Shown: one piece after another, positions 11,182-21,855 of the stretch
Position numbering within the stretch: position 1 is the first letter of the stretch
Layout: every line of letters starts with the position of its first letter
Source of the DNA: an uncultured Hormoscilla sp.
GTDB taxonomy: Bacteria; Cyanobacteriota; Cyanobacteriia; Cyanobacteriales; Desertifilaceae
Direction of reading: 5' to 3'
Length of the DNA: 64,000 bases
Assembly: GCA_963921275.4 (NCBI GenBank)
Contig: OZ001293.3
Coordinates: 3,136,001 to 3,200,000 of the forward strand
Made by a program: the position numbers and the translations under genes
The notes under the pieces: generated by a model
Databases searched by the model: none
Seen by the model: only the letters and a program-made list of their open reading frames with translations
What the model was told of the DNA's origin: nothing

Positions 11182-12193
11182 ACTCAAGTTGCGACCTATA
11201 AAAATTGGATACAAAAAGCTATGATAAAGAGAATTATTTTCAACTCTAATCCCTTAGATGTAACAGCATGAATTGACTTGGGAAACAAATTGGTGATTCG
11301 ACTAAAACAGGTTTCAACTTGTTTTCTTGTTACTTTTTGTATATATTCAAAACAAGAAGATTCTTTTCTTTTTGAGTTCTTTTTTCGCAAAGGTTTTAAC
11401 ATTATACTTGACGACTCTTTTAGTAAATCCTCTAATTGATAATCATTATAAGCTTTATCTCCATAAACTATTGAATTTGATGGTAAGTCAAAGCCAAAAG
11501 ATTGCAAAACTTTAACATCATTATAACTACCAGGATCTAGATAAAATTCTATTGGCTTTCCATTTTTGTTTACCAACATATGAACTCTTAATCCATAAAA
11601 ATAACGTTTTTTACTGGCAATATACCCTCGATATTCTTCCTTGTTATAAATTTGGCATCTATCAATCCTAATATTATCACATACTGGCACCGGGAAACTA
11701 TCAAGAATATATTCTTGACCCGGATTGAGCTCTTTAAATGTTTGAGCTATAACTTGGAAGAAAAACATCCAAATTGGTTCCTCAATATTGTGTAATCGAC
11801 GATTGAACCTACTTTTACTTAACAGATTTTTTATATACTTGTGTTGGACCATAAATTGACAAGAGCGATCATGGTGTCCTCCGAAAAAATATGCAGCAAC
11901 TAATCCGACTGTCATCACTTCGGCATTGTTCATTTTTACTTGTGGATCTTCTTTTATATTTAACGCTTTTAGTAGCTCGTCACAAAGAACAAAAATTGTT
12001 GTAATCATATCTTCCATCATCTACATCCCCCAGCAATTAACTATTATTTTAGTACATTATAACCTATAAACAGCCAACCCGCCGTCTAGCACAAAAAAAA
12101 TATAATTTTGTATCAAAAGCTACGAAATATCCCAAATATCTGTAAAGTCTAAGTGGGTAATTCATATTTTTTTTAATAGGTCGCAACTTAGGT
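11182..12193 (-). mobile_element. IS982-family element, apparently intact
   Basis: TIRs ACTCAAGTTGCGACCTA / TAGGTCGCAACTTAGGT; 7-bp TSD TATATTA. Confidence 0.9.
11196..12020 (-). CDS. IS982-family DDE transposase
   Basis: YILDSFPVPVC, YFYGLRVH, VYGDKAY, RKQVETCFS. Confidence 0.92.
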   Translation of the reverse strand: MMEDMITTIFVLCDELLKALNIKEDPQVKMNNAEVMTVGLVAAYFFGGHHDRSCQFMVQHKYIKNLLSKSRFNRRLHNIEEPIWMFFFQVIAQTFKELNPGQEYILDSFPVPVCDNIRIDRCQIYNKEEYRGYIASKKRYFYGLRVHMLVNKNGKPIEFYLDPGSYNDVKVLQSFGFDLPSNSIVYGDKAYNDYQLEDLLKESSSIMLKPLRKKNSKRKESSCFEYIQKVTRKQVETCFSRITNLFPKSIHAVTSKGLELKIILFIIAFCIQFL

Positions 12194-12273
12194 TATATTA
12201 CCTATATCTAATCAAAAATTCGGCACCCTTGTCAGCCTGTTAGATAATGGTTAGTTGTGAGTGGTTAGTTGTG

Positions 12274-12775
12274 TTAGAGATAAGCTTTGGGCATGGGTTC
12301 TTCGTAAGAATTATAGATCTTAAAGCCGCGCTTGAGATAAGTATTCAGAGCATAAGGACTATCGAGACTACAGGTATGTACCCACAAGCGTTTAGCACCC
12401 CTCTCCCAGCCATAGTCAACACCATAACTGAGGAGATGCTTGCCTAGTCCTTTGCCCATATAGCCAGAACGGAGACCAAAATAGACAATTTCAGTTGATT
12501 GTTTTCCCTGGGACAGTTCGATGTACCCTGCTGGTACCCCGAACATATAATACATGAACGCTGGTTCCTGGTTCTGCTAAGATTGCTTCCATATCCCGAT
12601 CGGATAGTTTCAGTCTGTCCCGCCAACACCATTTTTACCCAACAGTTCTGTACAAAAAACGATAAAATTCGACATGGGGTATGCCCATTAACATGATGTT
12701 AATGAACTGCTATCATGGAGATAAGCTGGCCGGAATGAAGTGCGATCGCGCATTTCCAGATAAGTTGTTACCAAG
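12274..12775 (-). pseudogene. GNAT acetyltransferase, frameshifted
   Basis: PAGYIEL..EIVYFGL..GKGLGKHLL..RLWVHTCSLD; N-terminal part broken. Confidence 0.7.
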
Positions 12776-12816
12776 ATGTCTGCCATCACTGATTTATTAA
12801 CCTATATAAGACCCCC

Positions 12817-13818
12817 TCAATCAATTAGTAAGGCAATTTTACCTGTCATCGTTCCAGATCCTAGCAAGCGATGGGCTGCTGCTGCTTCTGCTAGGGGGAA
12901 AGTTTCACATAGCTGAATCTGCAACTGACCTTCGTCTATAAGACGGGCAGATTGTTGTAGAATCTTTGCTTGGTCTTGCTGCGCTTCCACTAATCCTTCT
13001 ACCATTGGCGTCAGCATCAGTTCTAGACTAATTCTCAGGTTGCGGTTTCTGGCTATTTTCCAATTTGTAGCTGGATCTGGAGAAAGAATTGTGACCAAAT
13101 CGCCATAAATTTTCACCCCTGGGAAGGTTTTGGCGAAGGTTTCTCCTCCTACGGTGTCGAAGGCGATATCTACTCCTTCTCCTGAAGTCAAATCTAGAAC
13201 AGCGGACACGAAGTCGGTCTGTTTGTAAAGTATGGCTTTGTCAGCACCCAGCCGCCGGACAAATTCGGCTTTTGCTTCCGAACCAACTGTGGTATAAACT
13301 TCAGCACCTTGTAATTTAGCCAACTGCACGGCTACGTGACCGACTCCACCGGCACCAGCGTGAATTAAGGCGGTTTGCCCTGCTTGCAGACGCCCCCGAT
13401 CGTACAGTGATTCCCAAGCGGTAATTAAGACTAACGGCACTGCTGCTGCTTGGGCAAAATTGAGAGATGCTGGTTTTTTGGCGACAAACCGTTCGTCTAC
13501 TACGGCAAATTGGGCGTAGTTGCCAGTCTGTGCCCCCAGACCAGCATTGCAGAAATAGACTTCGTCGCCGACTTGGTAATTTTGCACGGCTGCACCCAGG
13601 GCTTCAACGATACCGGCACCGTCGCATCCCAGGACTGCGGGTCCAGCAGCATCGGGATATAAGGTGCCTCTGGTTCGCAGTTTGGTGTCAATGGGGTTGA
13701 CCCCTGCGGCTTTGAGTCGGACTAAGATTTCTCGGTCCTGGGAAATTTCTGGGTCTGGGATGTCCTGAAGTTGGAGAACTTCAGGACCGCCAGGGGCGGT
13801 CATGACTATTGCTTTCAT
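12817..13818 (-). CDS. MDR-family NADPH:quinone oxidoreductase / zinc-type alcohol dehydrogenase-like protein
   Basis: AAGVNPID, LGCDGAG, HAGAGGVGH. Confidence 0.92.
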   Translation of the reverse strand: MKAIVMTAPGGPEVLQLQDIPDPEISQDREILVRLKAAGVNPIDTKLRTRGTLYPDAAGPAVLGCDGAGIVEALGAAVQNYQVGDEVYFCNAGLGAQTGNYAQFAVVDERFVAKKPASLNFAQAAAVPLVLITAWESLYDRGRLQAGQTALIHAGAGGVGHVAVQLAKLQGAEVYTTVGSEAKAEFVRRLGADKAILYKQTDFVSAVLDLTSGEGVDIAFDTVGGETFAKTFPGVKIYGDLVTILSPDPATNWKIARNRNLRISLELMLTPMVEGLVEAQQDQAKILQQSARLIDEGQLQIQLCETFPLAEAAAAHRLLGSGTMTGKIALLID

Positions 13819-13819
13819 C

Positions 13820-14557
13820 TTATTGGTGCTTGACTAAAACTCCGGGTTCTCGCTGGATGGGTAATACGTTGAGAATGTCGAGTTGGGCGCAATATTTCAG
13901 GTCTTCGTAGCAGTTGAGACCGATGAGGCGTTTGCCGTGACTGGCTTGTTGCATCAGCTCTAATAATTGCTCTTGCCACTGGCGGTAAAGGGCGATCGCG
14001 GCATGGACTTCATCGTTAACCTCGGATATAGGCGCAGACCAGGTGAGTTCTGCGAGCAGGTTTTGGGCAATCGCGCCAGCACAGACTGTATCTTCCAGGG
14101 AGTAGCTGCCTTGCCAACCGGATCCGACAATCCAGACTGTTTCTGGCTGATGAGTCATGAGATATTGTACCAATGCCTGACGATTAATTAAGGCGGCAGT
14201 TAACACTACTTTCGCCTTTTGGATCCGCTGTAAGGCACGGGTACCGTTGGTAGTGCTGATGAACAAGCGGCGTCCTTGGACCACTGCGGGAGTGCAGTCC
14301 AGAGGCGAGTTACCTAAGTCGCAGTCTTCCACCTTGGCCCCGCCCCGTTCGCCAGCCCGGAGTCGCTTTTCAGGGGGCCATTCGGCGCTGACTTGCATCA
14401 GCAGGTCAATGTCACTGAAGACTTGGACTGCTTCTGCACCGGCGTCCAAGGCCGTTGCCATTGTGGTCGTGGCGCGGAGGACATCGACTGCGATCGCGCA
14501 ATCGGGTACGCTGTCTGTCGGTGTCTGTTCTGGGGTGTGGTAAACGAATAGCTTCAC
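13820..14557 (-). CDS. comB: 2-phosphosulfolactate phosphatase
   Basis: [35 protein letters not shown]. Confidence 0.93.
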   Translation of the reverse strand: MKLFVYHTPEQTPTDSVPDCAIAVDVLRATTTMATALDAGAEAVQVFSDIDLLMQVSAEWPPEKRLRAGERGGAKVEDCDLGNSPLDCTPAVVQGRRLFISTTNGTRALQRIQKAKVVLTAALINRQALVQYLMTHQPETVWIVGSGWQGSYSLEDTVCAGAIAQNLLAELTWSAPISEVNDEVHAAIALYRQWQEQLLELMQQASHGKRLIGLNCYEDLKYCAQLDILNVLPIQREPGVLVKHQ

Positions 14558-14769
14558 TAGCTGGGGACATTTCCTAACTATCGAGATATTATTTTATGAT
14601 TGAATGTCGCCCAATGGAAGATCGTCATCGGGGTTTTTCTGCGGTAACTGCCTTTTGGGGCCCCGTTACACCGCCGGGGTTCGCTTACCCCGCGTCATAG
14701 CTAAAGTCGGTTGAAAACAGACTAAAAACATTCTGCCAATACCCAAGGCCGTATTTACATGGCTATCCC

Positions 14770-14866
14770 AAAGTAAATGAGGTGAATGTTTCCCTGGATC
14801 TGTATGGCCATCGGGGATGGTCATCTCACCCTGTCAGCGGCGCTAAAACTGGAACCCGAGCCGATT
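14770..14866 (+). pseudogene. internally deleted remnant of the PIN toxin/antitoxin pair at 18699-19396
   Basis: AAAGTAAATGAGGTGAATGTTTCCCT joined to GGTCATCTCACCCTGTCAGCGGC; both segments also occur at 19079-19360. Confidence 0.7.
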
Positions 14867-15058
14867 TTTATGGATTAAATTAGGGGGCGATCGCTCTAAC
14901 ATTATAATCAGATGTAGGTCTGACAATGTTTCCTTTTGCCTTATAGTTAGTATGCCACGTCTGATATCAATTGTACCACATATGATGGACTGGCTTATGT
15001 CTGGGGCGATCGCCCTAAGGCCATTACCACAGACATGTTCTTACCCTCAGCAATCAGT

Positions 15059-15880
15059 CTAGCTTTTCGACTCCTGGTTTAGTGATTCTCCAATTAGCTT
15101 GTGAAGTTCTCTTAGTTGCTCGGAGTCAAAAGATTTAATCAGCTGCTCTCCTGCTTTCTTGGGGTTGTGGCGAGGTATGGATAGCCATAATTCACCATTC
15201 ATTGTAGCAGATTGCGCTTGTTCTAACCAATCTTTTACCACTTTCCGTCCCAGAGCCGCGATCTGGTAATAACCGCGTTTTTTACTCGGTAATGGTTCAA
15301 TCCATCCCAGATCCAGCCACCGTTTCCTCCAGGTATGTGCTGTTCTGATTGAGATTTTCAACTGTTCCCCAATCTTGGCGGCATTAATAGGCTGATTTTC
15401 TGGACAAGATTGAACTAGCTTAGAAAACCTCTGCAAAGATCCCTCTCGACTAGGACCTTCGCCCGTTAGATCTGGGCCAGCACTTGGCTTCGGTGGGTCG
15501 GGCGCAGCCCGGGTATCCTCTACCTCAAACGTCTTGGCATCAACTAATTCCAGTTCCTGAATGATTTGATCGATATCTGACGGAGCGCAACCTAATCCAA
15601 AGGGTGGTTTAGCCTGGCAGAATTCTTCATAACTGCTAAATGCTTTTCCGTCCTTGTTAACAAGTTGGCGATAGCCTGCGTGCTGCTTCATTAAGTCGCG
15701 CCATGCTTTTAACTGTTGAGCATTAAACTTAGCATCATGCCAAAGTGATTGCAGCTCTGACCTGACAGCAATTGCCCAAGGGCGCGTTCCAGAAGGTGCA
15801 TAGAAGTTTCCAGCATTTCCTAAAGTTTCTATGTACCCTTTCAATCTCCCATTGGATAGTTGTTTTGTAGCCATGCCCAC
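15059..15880 (-). CDS. hypothetical protein with C-terminal HTH-like segment
   Basis: Intact ORF downstream of the HNH-helicase; AAKIGEQLKISIRTAHTWRKRW. Confidence 0.65.
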   Translation of the reverse strand: MGMATKQLSNGRLKGYIETLGNAGNFYAPSGTRPWAIAVRSELQSLWHDAKFNAQQLKAWRDLMKQHAGYRQLVNKDGKAFSSYEEFCQAKPPFGLGCAPSDIDQIIQELELVDAKTFEVEDTRAAPDPPKPSAGPDLTGEGPSREGSLQRFSKLVQSCPENQPINAAKIGEQLKISIRTAHTWRKRWLDLGWIEPLPSKKRGYYQIAALGRKVVKDWLEQAQSATMNGELWLSIPRHNPKKAGEQLIKSFDSEQLRELHKLIGESLNQESKS

Positions 15881-15947
15881 ACCTTCCTCAATTCCTCTAG
15901 TGTCATACTTTTTCTGGACTTTTTAAATTTTATCACAATCTCCGAGT

Positions 15948-17730
15948 TTAAGGTTCCATGTTCTCGGTTATTTTTCCATTCATAGCTACGAACATATTTT
16001 CGATCCCATCCCGCATTCTCTTCTCTTCTTCTCGGGGAGTCAAAGTTTCTTTTCCTCCCAACCCTCGATCGTAGTTTTCTTTTCCGGTTTTCCGACTGTT
16101 CAACAAATCATAAAACTGTTTCATTTTCATGGTGCTAATTCCCGAAATATCACTTTCTTGCATAGCCCATTGGATTTCTTCCGTTTCAAGATAGTCAACT
16201 CTTTCTCCACTACTTAAATCCAAGGCTCTCGCTCTTGTCAAGTCAGATGTTAGTGGGAGAATAGCATTATCTCTTGGCCGATCTGGATCCTCATCTTGGC
16301 GATCATTACCTTGACCGGTTTCTCGCGGCTTTTGTTCTCTTTCCTTGAGAATTGGCTCTTGTTCTGCAAGTATCTTTTCGATACAGTTCTGAGCCCTTCA
16401 TAAGCCATTTGTACCGTTACCAAAACATCAATGGCATCCCTTTTCTGAACGCGGTGTTTCTTGAATCTTTTAATGGCTGTTTGAGCTTCTTTTGATTCAT
16501 CGCTCGTCGCTTTTAATGCTTTTATTTCTAAGTTCTTAAGCCACTTAACATATTCCGTAGCTTTGGGAATTGATGGTGCGATTACCAGGAGTTTAGAGCG
16601 TGAGTTAATAGCTTTATATTCTTGCCAATGTTTGACTGACTTTGTCAAAAGGTCATAAGCATATTCCGTATTAAGGATTGTCCAAATTGCTGCGTTTGTA
16701 TCTCCTCCTGCTTCGGCAATACTTTCTGCGGCACAAACCTGTCCTTTTCTATCTACCCACTCAGCTTCCCCATCTTGAAGTTCAAAATGAAGGGGAACGA
16801 TCGCCCCCTCTCTGAGGGCATCCTCTCGCGTGTAACGAATGACCCTTGCATCTTGACTGTTAGACAGATCGGGAGTCAGGCGATCGCCATTAATTGATTT
16901 ATAGGGCATAAAGGCAATTGGTTTGCCATCTCCCCGCTTATGAGTGCCAGTGACTAGAACTACCAAAACCGCGCTATCAACTAATGGTTGTAATGCTTGA
17001 TGCCACGGGCTACCTTCCTCAACATGATGGAACTCATCCAGCACTAAAATATAACGCTTACGCTGTAGCTCTTGAGCATGAAGGTCTCGAGCGGAAAAAA
17101 TGGCTTGGTAGGTGGCTACATAGCCAGAAGTTCCTTTACATGGGTTAGGTTCATTATTATTTCCCCGAATTCTGTGCTGATGATTGAGCTGTTCTTTGAA
17201 ATACGAATCTTCAAAGTTGCGTTCCGCTTGAGCTTGCAAATTTAGTCTGGGAACCACCCAACATATGGCATCGGCAATAGTACCGTCGAACCTACCCCCA
17301 GAGGCTCGGTTGGGAATCAACTGTGCAGCAGCAATGACGGGAATTAAACTCTTACCGCCTCCGGGAGTAACCAGCATGATAATTTCCCCGATCTGCTTAT
17401 CTCTCTTTAAAAGTTCACATATTCCTAGAAACTCCTGTTGGTGCTTCCTCAGTTTAATCGGCTCTGTGGGCGATTCAAATAGATTGAGTTGTTTGTAGTC
17501 TTCACTCTTCATGTTCTTGTTTTCCTCAGCTGTTTTTTTCCTATGACATTTATGACATAAAGCTTGCATTTCCTGGACATTGGTTCTGCGAGTTTCTGCC
17601 CACCGTTCGATGTGGTCTGCGTGCCAGTCTGGAGGCAGGTCGCACCCGCAAAGTTGGCATTTGCCGTCGGCGGCATACCAGAGGCAGATCTTAGGCGTTT
17701 CGAGCGAAGGTAACGGTTCTGATGGGACAT
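15948..17730 (-). pseudogene. HNH endonuclease fused to SF2 (ResIII-like) helicase; frameshift plus internal deletion
   Basis: Correcting a frameshift near 17683 gives KCQLCG..HADHI..NVQEMQALCHKCH in frame with TPGGGKS/DEFH/TGT/MAYEG; motif VI is absent and the C-terminus resumes in another frame after ~16392. Confidence 0.8.
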
Positions 17731-18094
17731 CCTACATCCTACTCAGCGATGAGATCGGGGAAGTTAGCAGATATATCTACTTTAGCATAAGTTGATTTTT
17801 TGAGCAACTGCTCGATCGGGATCGAACGGCCTAGGCCCATCACAGGGAACGATACTATGCATAATTGTACTCCACTGAGGTACTCAACCCAGCCAAACTC
17901 GCTGGAAACAGTGACCATTGACCGGCGAGCGGTCACTTCTGACCGGTGACCAGTGATATCTAGTCCGGCAGCGAAGCCTGTCAGTATTAGGGAGTTGGGT
18001 AGATCGGGAAGAGAGGCGATCGGGTGGCGCGATTTCATATTGATTTAACATTGCTACCTGTCATCTAATCTATCACGATCAAATATCTGGCTCA

Positions 18095-18422
18095 TTACAG
18101 TTTCCCCGCTTTCCATTCAGATGACAAGCGATCGCACTCTGAGTAATATTTTACTATATCCGCTTCGATCCGATCTTTGTTAGCATGATAATAAGCCAAA
18201 GCTGCATAAACCTGTGCTAAAGTCAAATGTGGAAATTACTCGACAATTTTTTCTGGACTCATCCCCGCCCTATAGTCTACGATCAATGTAGGGACAGACA
18301 TTCTGGTTCCGGCAATTCTCATTTGGTTTCCGAGATTGCCCTAGGGTGGGCATCTCTGGAAACGACCCACAGGTTCCAGGAGTAGAGACAATCATTGTCC
18401 CAATGTTGATGATAGTTGTCAT
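18095..18422 (-). pseudogene. DUF433 antitoxin copy disrupted by a small insertion
   Basis: Near-duplicate of 19932..20222 with an insert at ~18323-18369. Confidence 0.75.
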
Positions 18423-18698
18423 CTTTACCTCGGTTTATTTACCTGATAATATGATAGCATGAAATATCGGAGTTTTATGATTATAGAAAAAGGGGCGATC
18501 GCACTGGAGGAATATCCTTACAGATCGCCTGGTAAGTAGGGTAGTGGCAAAAAAAGAGTCACAAATATTAAAATCAATCCTATCGTTTCCGAGAGTGCCC
18601 ACCCATGTCGTGCGCGGGTGCGACACGACAGGGTGGGCATCTCTGGAAACGACCCTCCAATTGCTAATGCCCTATTTTAAAACTGGAGTTAAGGTGAA

Positions 18699-19148
18699 AT
18701 GAAACTAAAAGTTTATCTGGATACATCGGTATTCAGTGCTTATTACGATGATAATGTCAAGGAGCGTCAAACACAAACCCATGAGTTTTGGTCTCGTCTA
18801 TCTGAATTTGATGTAGCCACTTCTGAATTAGCTCGCCAAGAGCTCAGTCGGACAAGCGATCTGGAGCTACGGCAGAAATTGCTCAATTTACTGGAGGGCG
18901 TCACCATCTACCCGATTACGCCGGAGATAATCGCTTTGGCGAATAAATATATTGAGGCGGGAGTTTTCACCGGAACAATGTTCAATGATGCTGCTCATAT
19001 TGCGGCTGCGGTGTTGAACAACCATGATTTTGTGCTAGCTTGGAATTTCAAGCACTTAGTCAACTTACGTCGCAAGGCAAAAGTAAATGAGGTGAATGTT
19101 TCCCTTAGTTTGCGGACGATTGAGATTATAGCACCCCCAGAAATATAG
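18699..19148 (+). CDS. PIN-domain (VapC-like) toxin
   Basis: VYLDTSV, DAAHIAAA, WNFKHLVN. Confidence 0.9.
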   Translation: MKLKVYLDTSVFSAYYDDNVKERQTQTHEFWSRLSEFDVATSELARQELSRTSDLELRQKLLNLLEGVTIYPITPEIIALANKYIEAGVFTGTMFNDAAHIAAAVLNNHDFVLAWNFKHLVNLRRKAKVNEVNVSLSLRTIEIIAPPEI

Positions 19149-19159
19149 AGGAGGTATAA

Positions 19160-19396
19160 ATGCGTTATTTTGACTATGAGAAGGTCGCTGAAGAAGCGAA
19201 ACTTAGTCCGGAACAGTTGGCGTTATTGTCTGAAATCGCCCGCAAGGACTTTCCTACAGACGACATGCTGTATGAACTTTATTTACTGCGGATGTGTATG
19301 GCGATCGCTTCTGGTCATCTCACCCTGTCAGCGGCACTAAAACCGGAACCAGAGCCAATTTCATTTGCCCAGATGATGACAGCGCTGAAAGGGTAA
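19160..19396 (+). CDS. putative antitoxin partner
   Basis: Small ORF with GAGGAGG RBS directly after the PIN gene. Confidence 0.65.
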   Translation: MRYFDYEKVAEEAKLSPEQLALLSEIARKDFPTDDMLYELYLLRMCMAIASGHLTLSAALKPEPEPISFAQMMTALKG

Positions 19397-19579
19397 GTCG
19401 CGAGAAGAGGTTTGGGGCGATCGCGCCCAGAAGCAATTAGTTCCGCTTTGGGACAGAGTTCGCGTACTGGCGAGGTAATTTTGAGGGATTAATTCAAGGG
19501 CGATCGTGTTTTTATGGGATTCTGGAGGGGCGATCGCCTTCCTCAGAATCAAAGTAGTAAGGCACCATCCAATCTAGAT

Positions 19580-19932
19580 TTACTCATCTCTAATGTAAGC
19601 ACTGAGAAACACAAGTTTATTTCTCATGTCCTCTGCTGACTGTTCGGCCATCAATCTTAGAAGTCCCCGCAATTGTTGTCCTATGGAGTAACTCTGCTTT
19701 GATGCTAGAATAATGCCTGCATGTTCTCTCCCTTGTTCCAGATACATTTTGTGCAGACGACAAAAATCTCCCATATAAAAGCTATAGATGACGCGAGCAG
19801 TTGCCCAGATTAACTGCTCTTCGTCATCAGACCGAAGTCTGTTTGCATCGCATCTACAGCAGAGTTTTGTAAGGCTTCTATCAATGAACGGTTGCCAGCA
19901 TCTTCATCAAAATATAAACAAATCTGGCTCAT
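19580..19932 (-). pseudogene. DUF5615 PIN-like toxin, frameshifted
   Basis: MSQICLYFDED start; HAGIIL..YSIGQQLRGL end; frames broken. Confidence 0.75.
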
Positions 19933-20222
19933 TACAGTTTCCCCGCTTTCCATTCAGATGACAAACGAGCGCACTCAGCGTAATATTCTGCTATATCCGC
20001 TTCGATCCGATCTTTGTTAGCATGATAGTAAGCTAAGGCTGCATAAACCTGTGCTAAGGTCAAGTGTGGAAATTCGGAGACAATTTCTTTTGGACTCATC
20101 CCTGCCTTATAGTCTATGGCGATGTTTTGGACGGACATCCTGGTTCCGGCAATTCTCGGACGCCCTCCACAGGTTCCGGGAGTAGAGACAATCATTGTCC
20201 CAATGTCAATAGTAGTTGTCAT
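19932..20222 (-). CDS. DUF433 antitoxin
   Basis: TPGTCGGRPRIAGTRMSV..LTLAQVYAALAYY. Confidence 0.9.
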   Translation of the reverse strand: MTTTIDIGTMIVSTPGTCGGRPRIAGTRMSVQNIAIDYKAGMSPKEIVSEFPHLTLAQVYAALAYYHANKDRIEADIAEYYAECARLSSEWKAGKL

Positions 20223-20424
20223 CTTTACCTCTGTTGAGTTACCCGCTCCTATGATAGCATGAAAGCGATGGGGTTTGTCTGGGATTCGGGAACGAGATGC
20301 GATCGCCCTCATGGTGAAACCCGATTTTGCCAAAAAACCGGGTTTCTTAATTAAAAGCTGCTATCCTAAACTGTAAACTTAGGTAAAGTTTGATTGTTTC
20401 AGCTGCTCTGACGTAGGATAAGGT

Positions 20425-21708
20425 ATGGTAACTGCTTGGATAGTCACAGCGGCGTGGGGACTCGGTTCCGTTCTCTGGGTAGAACTAGTCCGAGATCTGT
20501 GCCACGTCCTCTCCCATTCTTGGCAACCCCTCTATCGGTTGCATGTTTGGCATCATCGCGTCTTCCGTCCGGATCTAACTCCTGTTAGTGATATCATCTA
20601 TCGACAAGCTAACTGGTTCCACGATCTGCCAGAATCTTTGGTGATGCTGCTCTTTGGTCTGCTATTATGGTGTTTAGCCTATATTTGCACTCCCGGACAG
20701 CATCTGACCGCGATCGCGGGTTCGGTCTATAGTTTGAGCTTCGTGATGGGCGCGATCGCCCGTGGGACTGGGTTCCCTAGGGCGGATGAAATCACGGACA
20801 GCACTCATCGATCGGGACCTTTTCTCTCCCCACCTTCCCCTTGGTTGGTAAATCGACCTTACCACTGGCGGCATCACTTCGACAACCAAAATGCTTACTT
20901 TTGCGGTGTTTTTACTTTCTTAGATCGACTTATGGGTACAGCACTTTCCATCAAAGGCAAAACTATTGCTGTTACGGGCGCTTCTGGAACTCTGGGCCGA
21001 TCGCTTCTCCTGCATCTGCACCAAGCGGGTGCTAAAGTTATCGCCCTCTCTTCCCAAAATCAGCCCGTTACTTTAACTGTAGATGGTGACAGTTTTCCTG
21101 TGGATACCATAACTTGGCAAATTGGTCAAGAATCTGATTTGGCTTCGGTGTTAGAAAAGGTAGATATTCTGATTCTCAATCACGGGATTAATGTCCACGG
21201 ACAGAGGACTAAAGAGGCGATCGGCCTATCCTACGAAGTCAATACTTTTTCCAGTTGGCGACTGATGGAACTGTTCTTCACCACCGTCCGCAGTAACCAA
21301 GATATAGCACGTAAGGAAGTTTGGGTCAATACCTCCGAAGCAGAAGTTGGTCTCGCTTTCAGTCCCCTCTATGAACTGACTAAACGGGCGATCGGGGACT
21401 TAGTCACCCTGCGGCGTCAGGATGCACCCTGTGTAGTGCGGAAACTAATTTTAGGACCATTTAAGAGTAACCTGAATCCTATTGGGGTAATGTCACCTGA
21501 CTGGGTAGCCAAGCAAATTGTCAAATCTGCTAAAGCAGATATGCGCAATATCATTGTTACCATCAATCCTTTCACATTGGTAGCATTTCCGATCAAAGAA
21601 TTCTGGGTTGGTCTCTACTTTAAGTTGTTTAGTCGTCAGGCGGCTGATTTGAATGTAGTTACCACTACCATGCCCTCATCGGAACCCTCACCTAAAGGGT
21701 GGGGCTAA
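20425..21708 (+). CDS. bifunctional sterol desaturase / short-chain dehydrogenase
   Basis: His boxes HVWHH and HWRHH, followed by VTGASGTLG Rossmann motif and YELTK. Confidence 0.9.
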   Translation: MVTAWIVTAAWGLGSVLWVELVRDLCHVLSHSWQPLYRLHVWHHRVFRPDLTPVSDIIYRQANWFHDLPESLVMLLFGLLLWCLAYICTPGQHLTAIAGSVYSLSFVMGAIARGTGFPRADEITDSTHRSGPFLSPPSPWLVNRPYHWRHHFDNQNAYFCGVFTFLDRLMGTALSIKGKTIAVTGASGTLGRSLLLHLHQAGAKVIALSSQNQPVTLTVDGDSFPVDTITWQIGQESDLASVLEKVDILILNHGINVHGQRTKEAIGLSYEVNTFSSWRLMELFFTTVRSNQDIARKEVWVNTSEAEVGLAFSPLYELTKRAIGDLVTLRRQDAPCVVRKLILGPFKSNLNPIGVMSPDWVAKQIVKSAKADMRNIIVTINPFTLVAFPIKEFWVGLYFKLFSRQAADLNVVTTTMPSSEPSPKGWG

Positions 21709-21737
21709 ACGAATAAAGCCCGCCTGCGCGGGCTTTA
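21683..21737. repeat. REP-like element (CCC..CCTAAAGGGTGGGGCT..AGCCCGCCTGCGCGGGCT); inverted copy at 35630-35683
   Basis: Two related copies seen. Confidence 0.6.
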
Positions 21738-21855
21738 TTACTTGCATCATCAATGCACTCTCTCGCCATCATAATCTAGTGCAGCATGACAGAAATAAAT
21801 ATTATGCCAACTCGATCTAGGTTGTACATCCGACTCTTTGACTGCTATCAAGGCA

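Noticed and set aside
16200..16392. IS fragment inside the helicase
   Set aside because: Reads in frame with the helicase C-terminal ORF; better explained by deletion plus frameshift
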